A stretch of DNA of 63,908 bases, counting the filler, from an uncultured Methanosarcinales archaeon (GTDB taxonomy: Archaea; Nanobdellota; Nanobdellia; Woesearchaeales; JACPBV01), in the NCBI GenBank assembly GCA_964492935.1. It is 3 parts of 3 records of this genome, joined end to end, with 100 filler letters (N's around TTAATTAATTAA, not from the genome) between each part and the next. Parts side by side here need not be neighbours in the genome. Positions count along the whole stretch, not along the records: positions 1 to 26,777 come from CAZBLF010000014.1; 2 more parts are not named here. One strand, given 5' to 3'. A program made the translations under genes and the position numbers. Below the pieces are notes generated by a model. The model was not told the origin of the DNA and did no database searches. It was given only the letters and a program-made list of their open reading frames with translations. This document shows positions 9,463 to 19,261 of this stretch, one piece after another; position 1 is the first letter of the stretch; each line of letters opens with the position of its first letter.

Positions 9463-9798
9463 ATGAAGATTACAATTGACACGAAAGAGGACAGCCACGA
9501 GGAGATTGAGCATGCGTTATCGCTGTTGAAGTCGCTGGTGGGTAAGAAAGTGTATACGAACAGTCCTAATATCTTTGATAGTGGTAGTAATGTGGTTGGG
9601 TCAGAAGTGGTGGATGATGTGCCGGCTACTGAACAGGCTGCCGAACCTGCTAGTGGTAATATTTTTGGCAATATGTTTGGAGATAGTTCTGCTGCAAGTA
9701 GTAGTGCTCCTGCTAGTGCTGTAGAAACGATTGAGGTTGTGGATGAACCTGAAGTTGAAGAAGAATCTGATGATCATCCAGAAGTTATTACGTACTAA
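9463..9798 (+). CDS. Hypothetical protein with acidic low-complexity C-terminus
   Basis: 111-aa ORF, TATA and GAGGG RBS upstream. Confidence 0.65.
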   Translation: MKITIDTKEDSHEEIEHALSLLKSLVGKKVYTNSPNIFDSGSNVVGSEVVDDVPATEQAAEPASGNIFGNMFGDSSAASSSAPASAVETIEVVDEPEVEEESDDHPEVITY

Positions 9799-10421
9799 AT
9801 AGTTATTGACTTTGTTTCTTTTGCAATTAATGTGTTGTCTTTTGCATTAAGAAGTTCTACAAGAACGTATAATTTGGTATCCTTATTCTCGTAGCCGATG
9901 ACATAGTGAGAGGTTAATTCGTCGTCTAGCTTTTTGCTATTGGTCAATCCGGTTGGGATGAGCGAAGGATAGGTATACTCGGTGCGTTGACGGTCTTTTG
10001 CATCGGCGTCGGTGCTTGAGGTGTACCAATATAACCTTACTTTAGGTGTGAAGAGTTCTTTTTCGTTATCGATGATAATGAATACGGATTCCACTTTCAT
10101 GGTGTTGTTTCCCGCTAGGGTTTCGACATTGCCGATGCCTAGCGTGATGTTGCCCGTCAGTTCTTCATCTACGGGATCAGGTGTTACTACCACTTCGGGT
10201 TCCGGTTCAGGCTCGGGTTCTGGAGTTACTACAGTAGCTGCGGCTACCACGGGAGCGGTTACGGTTTCTATAATAGGAGTAGAAGATTGATCGCAGTTTG
10301 CACTCAACGGGTTGATGAAAACAGTAGCAACTAGCCCTATAATGATTGCGTAATAGATTAATCGCTCAATCCAGAATTTCTTCAGTTTGATGCTGATGAC
10401 CAGGTGATCGTCGCCGTCCAT
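9795..10421 (-). CDS. Membrane-anchored surface protein with Pro-Glu linker
   Basis: N-terminal TM, (PE)n linker, beta-rich C-terminal domain. Confidence 0.7.
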   Translation of the reverse strand: MDGDDHLVISIKLKKFWIERLIYYAIIIGLVATVFINPLSANCDQSSTPIIETVTAPVVAAATVVTPEPEPEPEPEVVVTPDPVDEELTGNITLGIGNVETLAGNNTMKVESVFIIIDNEKELFTPKVRLYWYTSSTDADAKDRQRTEYTYPSLIPTGLTNSKKLDDELTSHYVIGYENKDTKLYVLVELLNAKDNTLIAKETKSITI

Positions 10422-10455
10422 TTTGGTTATTGATTACTTCTCATTTATAAACATT

Positions 10456-10613
10456 TCTTTTCTTTGTATGTGCATAGCATCTTCGAAATTCTTGCTCTTG
10501 TTTTCTATAGTGCTGCGTTCCCGTAAGGAGCAACCCCTCGCAACGCACCTGCTTTTGAAGTATAATGGAATTTCGACCTGAGGAAGCTATACACATACAT
10601 TTCTCAGAAAAGA
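10456..10613. ncRNA. Candidate structured ncRNA or MITE (nested inverted repeats)
   Basis: TCTTTTCT/AGAAAAGA, TGTATGTGCATAGC/GCTATACACATACA, TCGAAATTC/GAATTTCGA and an inner GC-rich stem, all in an ORF-free gap. Confidence 0.5.
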
Positions 10614-10614
10614 G

Positions 10615-13032
10615 TTATAGGAAGCTACCTAGAGTGGATTGTTTCTTTGTTGTTGCGATTTCATCCTTTTTGATGTTAAAGACTTCGAAGATTTTCTCTA
10701 CAGCGGGAAGGACTTGGTGGTCGATATAGTAGTCGGCGTCGTACTGCTTTTGGGAGACTTCTTCGGGCATTCTGGCTTTATCTCGGATTTTGGTTCCGTT
10801 TTTGGTGATGATGAATGCGATTGTTGTTCCTGCGCCTACAGGGATGCCCTGCTTTTCCATTCTCATGGCAACTGCGACGTGGGGGCCGATGGCTTGATAG
10901 TTTTTGAGGTCTTTGGTGAGTTGCGTGGTGATGGTGCAGTCTTCCAATGGGATGAGATGTGCTTTGAGGTCTTTGGTTACTTTTTTTACGAAGGCTTCTG
11001 CGCGTTTGCTGTCGTGATCGGTGAGAATCATCTTGAGAACTTTTTCTTGAGTATTTTTGGCGATGGGACTAGTATTGCGTCTTACGGATTCGAAGCCGCG
11101 GACTTTTAGCTCGCCTTCCTTGTTCATGAGAGCATATCGTTTTTTTGCACCGCCTGATCCTGATTTGGTGGCTACGAAAATTCCTGCTGGGTAATGACCT
11201 TCATACTCGAGCTCCATGACGCCGGGAAGTTGTTTATTGATTTCTTTTTGGAATGATTTTACCTCTGCTAGTTTCTTTTCCTGTAGTGCGATGAAGATGC
11301 TATCGGTGTCGGAATAGATTATCTTGAAGCCGTGTTTGGTTGCTTCGGAGATGGTGTGTTTAATGTAATATCGACCATAGGCGGTTGTTGCCTCTGCGCA
11401 TTCATGGCAGTACCATCTTGCATTGGGAAAGCCGAGATAGCCATAGAATGAATTTGCCATGAGCTTTAGTGATTGAGAGGTTGCTTCTAATACGGGCGTG
11501 GACTGTTTTTTCATTGCTTCTTTGACTTTTTGTCTTCTCATAATAATTTCTCGGATTAATCTTGGGATGAAGCCGGGCGTGTCTTGGCAGAAGTAGTCCT
11601 TTTCTCCTTTCTCCCAGGGTGGAAGGATTTTCTTTTTGCATCCTTTCTTGTTCATGGTTCCGAGATCGATGTTATGGGATGCGATGATGGTGGGATATAG
11701 AGAGCGGAAATCGAAAATGGTGACGTCTTTGTAGATTCCGGGTTGCGGTTCATGGACATAGCCGCCAATCAATCTGTCTTGGTGTCGTGCGGCATAGTCT
11801 TCGTTGTGGGGTACGTCTGGTGCTAATTCGTTTGCTTTGAATGCCTCGCGCATGATGTAGGTTTCTACTAGTTGTGAGAATCCGGAGCGTGCGAGATCGG
11901 GAGCGGTCATGCCGACTATTTTGTTCATCTCGATGAGGTTTGGCCAGAGTTTTTCTGCTAATTTGATGGTGAGGTAGGTATCGTGGAGATTGTAGACGGC
12001 ATAGGGTTCGAGTTGTTTCGGTTTATTGTCCCAGACGTCATGAAGTAGACCAATATCTACGCCCACTTTTTGATCTCCTAGTAGTTTCTTGGCTACGGTG
12101 TCTAATTTGAGTGAGAATGCATCTAGTGTTGGTCCTAGCGATTTTCGTACGAATTTGAAGACATCGAAATGATTGATGCCGCGAATGTCTGCTGAGACCT
12201 TTCTTCTGCGTTCTATCTTTAATTCGGATCCGTCTAGTCCTATATCGAGTTTGATTTTGTGTTTTTTTGCTCTTGTTGCGAGATAGGGCATGTCGAATCC
12301 GTCGGAATAGTAGCCAGCAATGATATCGGGAGATTGTTCTTTGATGATTTCGACGCATCTTTTGATTAGTGTTGCTTCATCTTCGACAAATTCAATGTAG
12401 TCGTGCTTTGTGGGGAATTTTTTCCAGCAGAGCACTTTCTTGTAGCGTTTTCCGTGAAATGCGGCCATGAGAATGGGATTGCGTTCTGGATCGATGGTTT
12501 TTCCGTTAGGGCTGTAGGTTTCGATGTCAAATGCAAGGATGTTGGGATTGTCCATCATTTGTTCTTTTGCGGTTACTTTGGTTGCTTCAAATGTTGGGAA
12601 CTTGTCTTCTGTGAATGTGCCTGTGACTTCTATTAATCCTAGCGGGTAGATGTTCTTGTCGATGAGGTATTTCTTTCTAAAGGGGATGTCATATTCTTTT
12701 AATTCTACATTATCCCACTTTTTTATATCGACTCTGAGTTTGGGGACATCTGCAGGTAGGGATGCGGTTACTTTGAGTGCTTGTACTTCGTCTCCTAGAA
12801 AAGTTCTTTTTACGTGTTCTACTTTTGTTATGTACGCATCTTTTGTTTTTAGATTTTTGAGTTGTTCTGTGATGTCTTTTTTACTGATAACGTAGAAGTA
12901 GGGTTGGAACTTGGGATCTTGGATGCAAATGAGTTTGTTGTCTGTTGTTCTCGCATACAGATGGATGACTGCTTTGTTGTTGAGTACTTTATAGGTGATA
13001 TCTAGAACGTAAGCTTTGATTGTTTCTGACAT
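10615..13032 (-). CDS. polB: Family B DNA polymerase with 3'-5' exonuclease
   Basis: AFDIETY, GYYSDGFD, YNLHD, DFRSLYPTII, KLMANSFYGY, YSDTDS. Confidence 0.97.
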   Translation of the reverse strand: MSETIKAYVLDITYKVLNNKAVIHLYARTTDNKLICIQDPKFQPYFYVISKKDITEQLKNLKTKDAYITKVEHVKRTFLGDEVQALKVTASLPADVPKLRVDIKKWDNVELKEYDIPFRKKYLIDKNIYPLGLIEVTGTFTEDKFPTFEATKVTAKEQMMDNPNILAFDIETYSPNGKTIDPERNPILMAAFHGKRYKKVLCWKKFPTKHDYIEFVEDEATLIKRCVEIIKEQSPDIIAGYYSDGFDMPYLATRAKKHKIKLDIGLDGSELKIERRRKVSADIRGINHFDVFKFVRKSLGPTLDAFSLKLDTVAKKLLGDQKVGVDIGLLHDVWDNKPKQLEPYAVYNLHDTYLTIKLAEKLWPNLIEMNKIVGMTAPDLARSGFSQLVETYIMREAFKANELAPDVPHNEDYAARHQDRLIGGYVHEPQPGIYKDVTIFDFRSLYPTIIASHNIDLGTMNKKGCKKKILPPWEKGEKDYFCQDTPGFIPRLIREIIMRRQKVKEAMKKQSTPVLEATSQSLKLMANSFYGYLGFPNARWYCHECAEATTAYGRYYIKHTISEATKHGFKIIYSDTDSIFIALQEKKLAEVKSFQKEINKQLPGVMELEYEGHYPAGIFVATKSGSGGAKKRYALMNKEGELKVRGFESVRRNTSPIAKNTQEKVLKMILTDHDSKRAEAFVKKVTKDLKAHLIPLEDCTITTQLTKDLKNYQAIGPHVAVAMRMEKQGIPVGAGTTIAFIITKNGTKIRDKARMPEEVSQKQYDADYYIDHQVLPAVEKIFEVFNIKKDEIATTKKQSTLGSFL

Positions 13033-13065
13033 GAGGATGTTAGGGGGAAGGGAGTATATAAAATG

Positions 13066-13608
13066 TTATGAGAATGCTTTGCTGAGGAGGTCGGATTTGG
13101 TGATGATTCCTTTGATGTTGCCGTTTTCTGATACTAATACTAATGGAGAAAATCTTAAGAGTCCGGAAACTGCATCTAATGATGTGTTTGTTGAGATAAT
13201 CGCCGGAGCATCGCCCATAATATCTTCTACGGTGTTGCCTTTTTGGTGTAATAGTGCTTCAAGAATGATGGATTCTGAGACTATTCCGATGCTTTTGTTG
13301 TTTTCTAATGCCGGTAGTTGTGAGATATCTGCTTTCTTCATCTTTTCAAAGGCTGCTTTGATGGTTGCTTTGGGTGTTATGGAGATGATTGTCTTAGTCA
13401 TAATATCTTTGGCTTTTCCGTGCTCTTCCTTACCTAGATGTTCGATTGCATCTAGGATTTTCTTTGCTTTGGAATAGCTTGGATCAATACGCTCTGCCTC
13501 TATTTTTGCAATAAGACTTTGTGAAACTCCTACCTGTTTCGCAAACTGATGCTGCGTTAGGTTGAGTTGCTTCCTAATCTTCTTGATTTGCTGTAATGTG
13601 GCTATCAT
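13066..13608 (-). CDS. XRE-type HTH transcriptional regulator with C-terminal CBS pair
   Basis: LTQHQFAKQVGVSQSLIAKIE HTH plus two CBS repeats. Confidence 0.9.
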   Translation of the reverse strand: MIATLQQIKKIRKQLNLTQHQFAKQVGVSQSLIAKIEAERIDPSYSKAKKILDAIEHLGKEEHGKAKDIMTKTIISITPKATIKAAFEKMKKADISQLPALENNKSIGIVSESIILEALLHQKGNTVEDIMGDAPAIISTNTSLDAVSGLLRFSPLVLVSENGNIKGIITKSDLLSKAFS

Positions 13609-13771
13609 TTATGGGAATAATTGAGTGGCCTTTTTATGCTTTTTGGAATACGACGTATTTCAAACGGATTAATTATTGGAATTTCCTGTTGATTATTCTG
13701 ATTGGAATAATTTTGACGCAAATCCTTATATAGGGTCGGGAGTTAACTTGGATAGTTATGGAGGGATTACA

Positions 13772-14941
13772 ATGACAGAAAAAAACTATTTTTTTACATC
13801 GGAAAGCGTAACTGAGGCGCACCCGGATAAGGTGTGTGATCAGATTAGTGATGCTATTTTGGATGCTATTTTGAAGGTTGATCCTAATGGTAAGTGTTGC
13901 TGTGAGGTGTTCACGACTACGGGTTTAATCATGATTGGTGGCGAGATTACTACGAGTACGTATGTTGATGCTACGAAGATTGCTCGAGATACATTGAAGA
14001 AAGTAGGCTATACGAACCCGGAATATGGGATTGATTACAAGAGTTGTGCTGTTATTTCTGCTATTGATGAACAGTCTCCGGAGATTGCGCAGGGAGAGGA
14101 TGATGGAGATGGTGCTCATAAGGAGATGGGTGCTGGGGATCAGGGTTTGATGTTTGGTTTTGCTTGTAAAGAGACTAAGGAATTGATGCCTTTGCCTATT
14201 ATGCTTGCTCATGGATTAACTAAACGATTGACTGAATGTCGTGAGGAGGCTATTATTGATTATTTGAGGCCGGATGGAAAGTCGCAGGTTACGATTGAAT
14301 ATGATAAAGACCATAAGCCGTTGCGTGTGGATACCGTTGTGATTGCGGCTCAACACGATCCTGAACCGACTTCGGAACAGATTAAGGCCGATATTATTGA
14401 AAAGGTTATTCGACCGGTGTGTGGGGAGTATATTGATTCTGAAACTCGATTCTTGGTTAATGAGACGGGTCGTTTTGTATTAGGTGGTCCGCACGTTGAT
14501 ACTGGATTGACCGGTAGGAAGATTATTGTTGATACCTATGGCGGCATGGGTCGTCATGGGGGTGGAGCGTTCTCTGGAAAAGGTCCTAATAAGCAGGATC
14601 GTTCTGGTGCGTATGTAGCTCGATATGTTGCTAAGAATATTGTTGCTGCTGGCTTGGCGGATCGGTGCGAGGTACAGTTATCATATGCGATTGGATTTCC
14701 TGAACCTACTTCGATTTTAATTGAGACGTTTGGAACGGGCAAAGTTGAGGGTGATGTGTTGGAAAAGGCAGTTCGTTCTGTTTTTGATCTCACTCCAAGT
14801 GGCATTATTTCTAGTTTGGATCTGTTGCGCCCTATTTATGCGCAGACTGCAGCGTATGGTCATTTTGGTAGAGAAGAGGATGACTTTACGTGGGAACGGA
14901 CGGATAAAGCGGAAGCGTTGAAGAAATCTGTTGGATTGTAG
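13772..14941 (+). CDS. metK: S-adenosylmethionine synthetase, bacterial/eukaryal type
   Basis: [64 protein letters not shown] before ATG 13772. Confidence 0.95.
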   Translation: MTEKNYFFTSESVTEAHPDKVCDQISDAILDAILKVDPNGKCCCEVFTTTGLIMIGGEITTSTYVDATKIARDTLKKVGYTNPEYGIDYKSCAVISAIDEQSPEIAQGEDDGDGAHKEMGAGDQGLMFGFACKETKELMPLPIMLAHGLTKRLTECREEAIIDYLRPDGKSQVTIEYDKDHKPLRVDTVVIAAQHDPEPTSEQIKADIIEKVIRPVCGEYIDSETRFLVNETGRFVLGGPHVDTGLTGRKIIVDTYGGMGRHGGGAFSGKGPNKQDRSGAYVARYVAKNIVAAGLADRCEVQLSYAIGFPEPTSILIETFGTGKVEGDVLEKAVRSVFDLTPSGIISSLDLLRPIYAQTAAYGHFGREEDDFTWERTDKAEALKKSVGL

Positions 14942-15538
14942 ATGGATTCTTGCGCAAAAAACTTGCAGATGATTTTTGATAGTGATCGACGTATTGTTTT
15001 TGATACGAATGTTGCTGCTTTTGGAAAAGGTATGGGCTACTATCAGGCAGAGTTGCTTGATTTGTTACAAGGGCCCTCTAGAGCCTCTACCATTTCTGCT
15101 TGTTTTGAGGAGGCGCTATGGCTTTACACTCCAGAAGATTGGGTAGAGGATGGATTGGTCACAGAATATGACTTTGCTAGTTGTGAGTTTTCTGAGCAAT
15201 TGTTTCCGCATCGTGATGATCTTCTTAGTTTTTTAGCACCCTATACTTATCTTTTCGATGTCTCTCGTAAAAGGCCTTATACTGCTGTTGATGCGTCTTT
15301 GGCTGCTTTTGCTTTGGAGCTGTCTAAGGATGAACCTGTAGATTTTTTATCTGAGGATAGGAGATTGTGTGCGTGTCTTCAGTATTGCAGTACTTATCGC
15401 GAGCGGTTGAAAATTCCCATTGATATTGGGGGAGTTAGAGTTCTTACTCTTGTGAGGGAGGATGAGCTGTTCCATCCTATTTTCGATCTTGACCCTCCTC
15501 GTTCATTGGAAGGTGTGTATAACCAATTGGGAATTTAG
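14942..15538 (+). CDS. Putative PIN-domain protein
   Basis: IVFDTNV, VDASLAAFA and FLSEDRRL match the PIN acidic-residue pattern. Confidence 0.55.
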   Translation: MDSCAKNLQMIFDSDRRIVFDTNVAAFGKGMGYYQAELLDLLQGPSRASTISACFEEALWLYTPEDWVEDGLVTEYDFASCEFSEQLFPHRDDLLSFLAPYTYLFDVSRKRPYTAVDASLAAFALELSKDEPVDFLSEDRRLCACLQYCSTYRERLKIPIDIGGVRVLTLVREDELFHPIFDLDPPRSLEGVYNQLGI

Positions 15539-15605
15539 ATCTCTTTTACTTTTGTAGTTGAGTATGATAGCAATGTTTTTAAACAGCTAAAGTTTATTGT
15601 TTTTT

Positions 15606-15821
15606 ATGGGGCAGCAAGACGTTTATGATTTATTGAAGAAGTATAAGTCCAAGTGGCTTAATGCTCGAGAGATTGCTAATTTGCTGGATGCTTCTTTTAA
15701 TACGGTTGTTGGCAATTTGAAGCGGTTGCGGAAGGCAGGGATTGTTGTGTTCAAGAAAGCGTATCAGGTTGTGGAACCTGCGGGACGTAGAATTGTGTAT
15801 TTGTACCGATATAAGAAGTAG
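15606..15821 (+). CDS. Small winged-HTH protein
   Basis: LNAREIANLLDASFNTVVGNLKRLRKAG. Confidence 0.75.
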   Translation: MGQQDVYDLLKKYKSKWLNAREIANLLDASFNTVVGNLKRLRKAGIVVFKKAYQVVEPAGRRIVYLYRYKK

Positions 15822-15864
15822 TTCTTAGGAAATCTTTATATACTCTTTTTTCTGATAGGTGTGT

Positions 15865-16551
15865 ATGGCTAGTTATGCATACAATTTAGAGAACTTTGTT
15901 CAGATTCTGGAGAATTGGGGTTTGAGTGAGGTGATGCTGCCGTTCTTACTGGTTTTTGTTGTGTTTTTTGGGATCTTAGAGAAAGCAAACATTCTTGGGG
16001 ATCGAGCGAAGAAATATAATTTGGTTATTGCACTGGTTATTGGATTAATGGTGGTGGTGCCGCACGTTACTGGATTGTATCCTGCGGATAAGGATCCGGT
16101 TGACATTTTTAATGAGGCGATTCCTAGTATTTCTATTGTGATTGTTGCTGCAATGGGTGCCTTGATTTTGATTGGAACGATGGGTGGGAAAATAGCACAG
16201 AATCCTATGTATGCTACAGGAGGAGTGGTGCTGACGGCGGTGGTGATTTATGTTATTTCCGTTGATTTTATTGTTGCACCTTTAATATTAGGTATTGCGG
16301 CGGCATTAATGATTGTGAACTTCTTTAGTCGGGAGACTAAGCTCGAGGGCATTGTGCAGGGTTCGATTGCGATTTTTGGTTTTACCGTGGTGTTGTTCTT
16401 TTTTGGACGTGCTCGCGGCTGGTTTCATGCGTTGCCGGACTGGTTGGTGAATCCTATTTATCACGGTGCTATTATCTTTACGATGATTGTGTTTAGTTTG
16501 GTGGTGTATGCCTTTTCTGCAGATGAAGGTTCTTCTAGCAGTAAGGAGTAA
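15865..16551 (+). CDS. Multi-pass membrane protein of unknown function
   Basis: About 7 hydrophobic segments; LPFLLVFVVFFGILEK start. Confidence 0.75.
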   Translation: MASYAYNLENFVQILENWGLSEVMLPFLLVFVVFFGILEKANILGDRAKKYNLVIALVIGLMVVVPHVTGLYPADKDPVDIFNEAIPSISIVIVAAMGALILIGTMGGKIAQNPMYATGGVVLTAVVIYVISVDFIVAPLILGIAAALMIVNFFSRETKLEGIVQGSIAIFGFTVVLFFFGRARGWFHALPDWLVNPIYHGAIIFTMIVFSLVVYAFSADEGSSSSKE

Positions 16552-16553
16552 CG

Positions 16554-17066
16554 TTAGAATTCTATTAATTTGAAAATCTTATGTTTACCTAATTTTTCTC
16601 TTCCTTTTAGTTCGGGTAGCTCGATGACGATTGCGCATTCTACGATGTTGCCCTTTAGCTTTTCTTCTAGGTTAATTGCTGCTTTAAGGGAGCCGCCGGT
16701 TGCTAGGAGATCGTCTATGATGACTATGTTTTGATTTTCTTCAATGGCATCTTCGTGTATTTCTAGTGTGTTTTTTCCGTACTCCAATTCGTATTCTTCG
16801 CTGATGGTTTTTCCAGGTAGCTTACCTGGCTTTCGGATCGGGACGAAGCTGCAGCCTAGGTTGTAAGCTAGGACGCTCCCGAAGATGAAGCCGCGTGCTT
16901 CGATTCCAACAACTGCATCGATCTTTTTTTCTTTGTAGCGACTTGTTAGTTCGTCGCAGACATATCTAAATGCTTCTGGATGTTGAAGAAGGGTGGTGAT
17001 ATCGCGAAACATGACTCCTTCGATTGGCCAGTTTGGAACGCTTCGGATGTATTGTTTGAGATCCAT
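16554..17066 (-). CDS. apt: Adenine phosphoribosyltransferase
   Basis: FRDITTLL, GIEARGF, RKPGKLP, YELEYG, IIDDLLATGGS. Confidence 0.96.
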   Translation of the reverse strand: MDLKQYIRSVPNWPIEGVMFRDITTLLQHPEAFRYVCDELTSRYKEKKIDAVVGIEARGFIFGSVLAYNLGCSFVPIRKPGKLPGKTISEEYELEYGKNTLEIHEDAIEENQNIVIIDDLLATGGSLKAAINLEEKLKGNIVECAIVIELPELKGREKLGKHKIFKLIEF

Positions 17067-17850
17067 TAGCTGATCACCGATGTTTGTATATCAGTTTGGC
17101 AGGTGCATTCTTGGTCTTTGACATTTTTGATGGTTTCTAGAAGTACTTTTTTACTCTTTCTGCATTGTCCTTGAAGACTTTGAGGATATCAGTTACATTT
17201 GCTTCTTTTCCATCGATGAATGCGTCGTAGTCGGTTGCCATGCAGATAACACTGTAACAGATACCTTTTTCTCTGGCTAGAACACATCCGGGAACGGTGG
17301 ACATGTTGATGACATCTGCTTTCCATTGTCTCCATAAATGTGATTCAGCTTTTGTTGATAATCTTGGGCCTTCTATCGTTATTACGGTTCCTTTTTCTTC
17401 TGCTTTGTAGTTTAAGGTGTTGCATGACTCTTGAAAGTTTTTTCTTAGATGGTTGCAGAAAGGTTTGGCCATGGGAAGATGACAGACATGGTCTTTTTCG
17501 TAGAAGGTTGAAGGTCTTTTTGTTGTTCGATCTATGAACTGGTCGACTATTATGAAATCTCCTGGTGCTATGTCCTCTCTTAAACTTCCACATGCACTGG
17601 TTGCAAGAATGTGAGTTACACCTTGCTCTTTTAGGGCATGGATATTTGCTTGGTTGGGAACGTTGGTGGGCATGATTTCGTGTTTTTTACCATGTCGTGA
17701 AATGATGATGACATCTACTTCGTTAATGGTTCCTGACGTTAAAGTTGAAGAAGGTTTTCCGTATGGGGTGTCTACGTCTAGTTCTTGTGCGTCCCTTAGA
17801 AGTTCTGGATTTTCTAGTCCGGATCCGCCGATAATGCCTATTTTAACCAT
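17066..17850 (-). CDS. mtnP: 5'-methylthioadenosine phosphorylase; called ORF stops at 17137 and the natural C-terminus lies in the -1 frame
   Basis: IGIIGGSG, DTPYGKPS, SRHG, ACGSL, IEGPR, ATDYD; -1 frame gives VLLETIKNVKDQECTCQTDIQTSVIS*, ending in a TAATG overlap with apt. Confidence 0.85.
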
Positions 17851-17899
17851 GGTGTTGGTATGGGTTGAAGGTTTAAATATGTTTGCTTGGACTTAGAAA

Positions 17900-18607
17900 T
17901 TAGGATAGTTGTTTTTTAAGACGCCTTACGCCTCCCTTGGAATCAGTGCCTTCCTGTAGGTCTTTTTCAATACGCTTCAGCGCTGAGGCTATTTTTTCTT
18001 CTCGGTGTTGTAGTTCGTGCGTGTACTCATCAGTATAGGCGATCTCTTTTTCTAGAGTGTGTTCAAGTTTGATCAGTCTTCTATGCAATCGGACAAGTTG
18101 CATCGCTGCAGGAATTTTGAGAAATTCTTTCCTTTCCTTTGTCTGGCTCATGAAGGTAGGATAGTCGTTTTGGAGATAGAATGTAAGGTCCGTATCGATT
18201 GCTCTTTTTTTGATAATCTCTTCGTTGGTTGCGTTTAACAATTCTTTGGCGACCTCTGAATCTCTATGTGTTAACGCAATTGTCCATCCTCGGTTGTCGT
18301 TCATGTCCCGTCTGGAAGCATTACTTCCAGGGTGGTGCCAAAATGGACCAAGGTTACTTTTTAATTGTTCTATAAGCGTCTTGCGTTGTTCTTGCATCTC
18401 TTTGCTTATTCTTAGATTACTATTAAGATACTGGTAGAACTTCGGTTTCAATGCTAGGACTGCTTCAATTTGCAGTAGGTACTGATGCATCCGCTTTTTT
18501 GGTTGTCCTTCGGGAAGGTCCAGGCTAATAGTTAGAGCTTTCTGCACGATACTTGTGCGCACCTTCAGTATTTCATTGAATAATTTGTTGAGTTGTTGAA
18601 GGTTCAT
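17900..18607 (-). CDS. Hypothetical coiled-coil-rich protein
   Basis: 235-aa ORF, no motif recognised. Confidence 0.6.
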   Translation of the reverse strand: MNLQQLNKLFNEILKVRTSIVQKALTISLDLPEGQPKKRMHQYLLQIEAVLALKPKFYQYLNSNLRISKEMQEQRKTLIEQLKSNLGPFWHHPGSNASRRDMNDNRGWTIALTHRDSEVAKELLNATNEEIIKKRAIDTDLTFYLQNDYPTFMSQTKERKEFLKIPAAMQLVRLHRRLIKLEHTLEKEIAYTDEYTHELQHREEKIASALKRIEKDLQEGTDSKGGVRRLKKQLS

Positions 18608-18639
18608 TATTGTAATAGAAATTTTGTTGTATTTAAGTT

Positions 18640-19179
18640 TTACTGTTTTAGTTTTGTTTTTTCGGCCTTTTCACTTATGATTGCGGAATTGCCGGTGGGG
18701 TCTTCGATGATGATCTTTTGTTCTTGGCGTCCCCACATGATGTTGGTTATCTTTTTGAGCATGTTCTTTGCTTTCTTTCTTTCTGATTTGTCTTCGGCTC
18801 CGTTCTTCGCGGTTTCTACTTGTGCCTTTACACGTTCGAAGATTCCTTCGATGTTGGTGATGAATCCATTTGCGGCTGGGCCTGGAGTGATGGTGGTTAC
18901 ATGAGGTATTTTGATGGTTGCTTCACTGGATCTTATGACACGTACTTTCATGTCTTCTTCGCTAGAGATGTTGAAGGTGAATTTAGAGGGTTCTTGTGCT
19001 TCTAGTGCCTCGACATCTCCTTTATGGTATTTGCATGCACCACAGGTCATTGAAAAGATAGCTAGTTTACCAAAATAGGGAACTTCCTTCTCGGCTTCCA
19101 TGAGGGTTAATTCTTTCTTACCACACATCGGGCACTGTTCGCCGGTGATCGTGTCGACTTTGTCTTCTTCTTTGGCCAT
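18640..19179 (-). CDS. ZPR1 zinc finger protein
   Basis: CPMCG...VPYFG...CGACKY, ITPGP..GFITNIEG, IIEDPTGNS. Confidence 0.93.
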   Translation of the reverse strand: MAKEEDKVDTITGEQCPMCGKKELTLMEAEKEVPYFGKLAIFSMTCGACKYHKGDVEALEAQEPSKFTFNISSEEDMKVRVIRSSEATIKIPHVTTITPGPAANGFITNIEGIFERVKAQVETAKNGAEDKSERKKAKNMLKKITNIMWGRQEQKIIIEDPTGNSAIISEKAEKTKLKQ

Positions 19180-19261
19180 GACGGAGAAAGTGCGTCATTG
19201 ATTTTTAAGGGTTTCGATTAAGAACAATTACCTTTAAGAACTTCGAGTTTATACAGGTCGT

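Noticed and set aside
10190..10225. Short tandem repeat
   Set aside because: Encodes a Pro-Glu linker with varied codons; ordinary low-complexity protein sequence
10510..10548. Confident SRP RNA call
   Set aside because: GNRA loop and AGCAAC are present but the CAGG strand and the other SRP helices are not evident; kept only as an unclassified structured element
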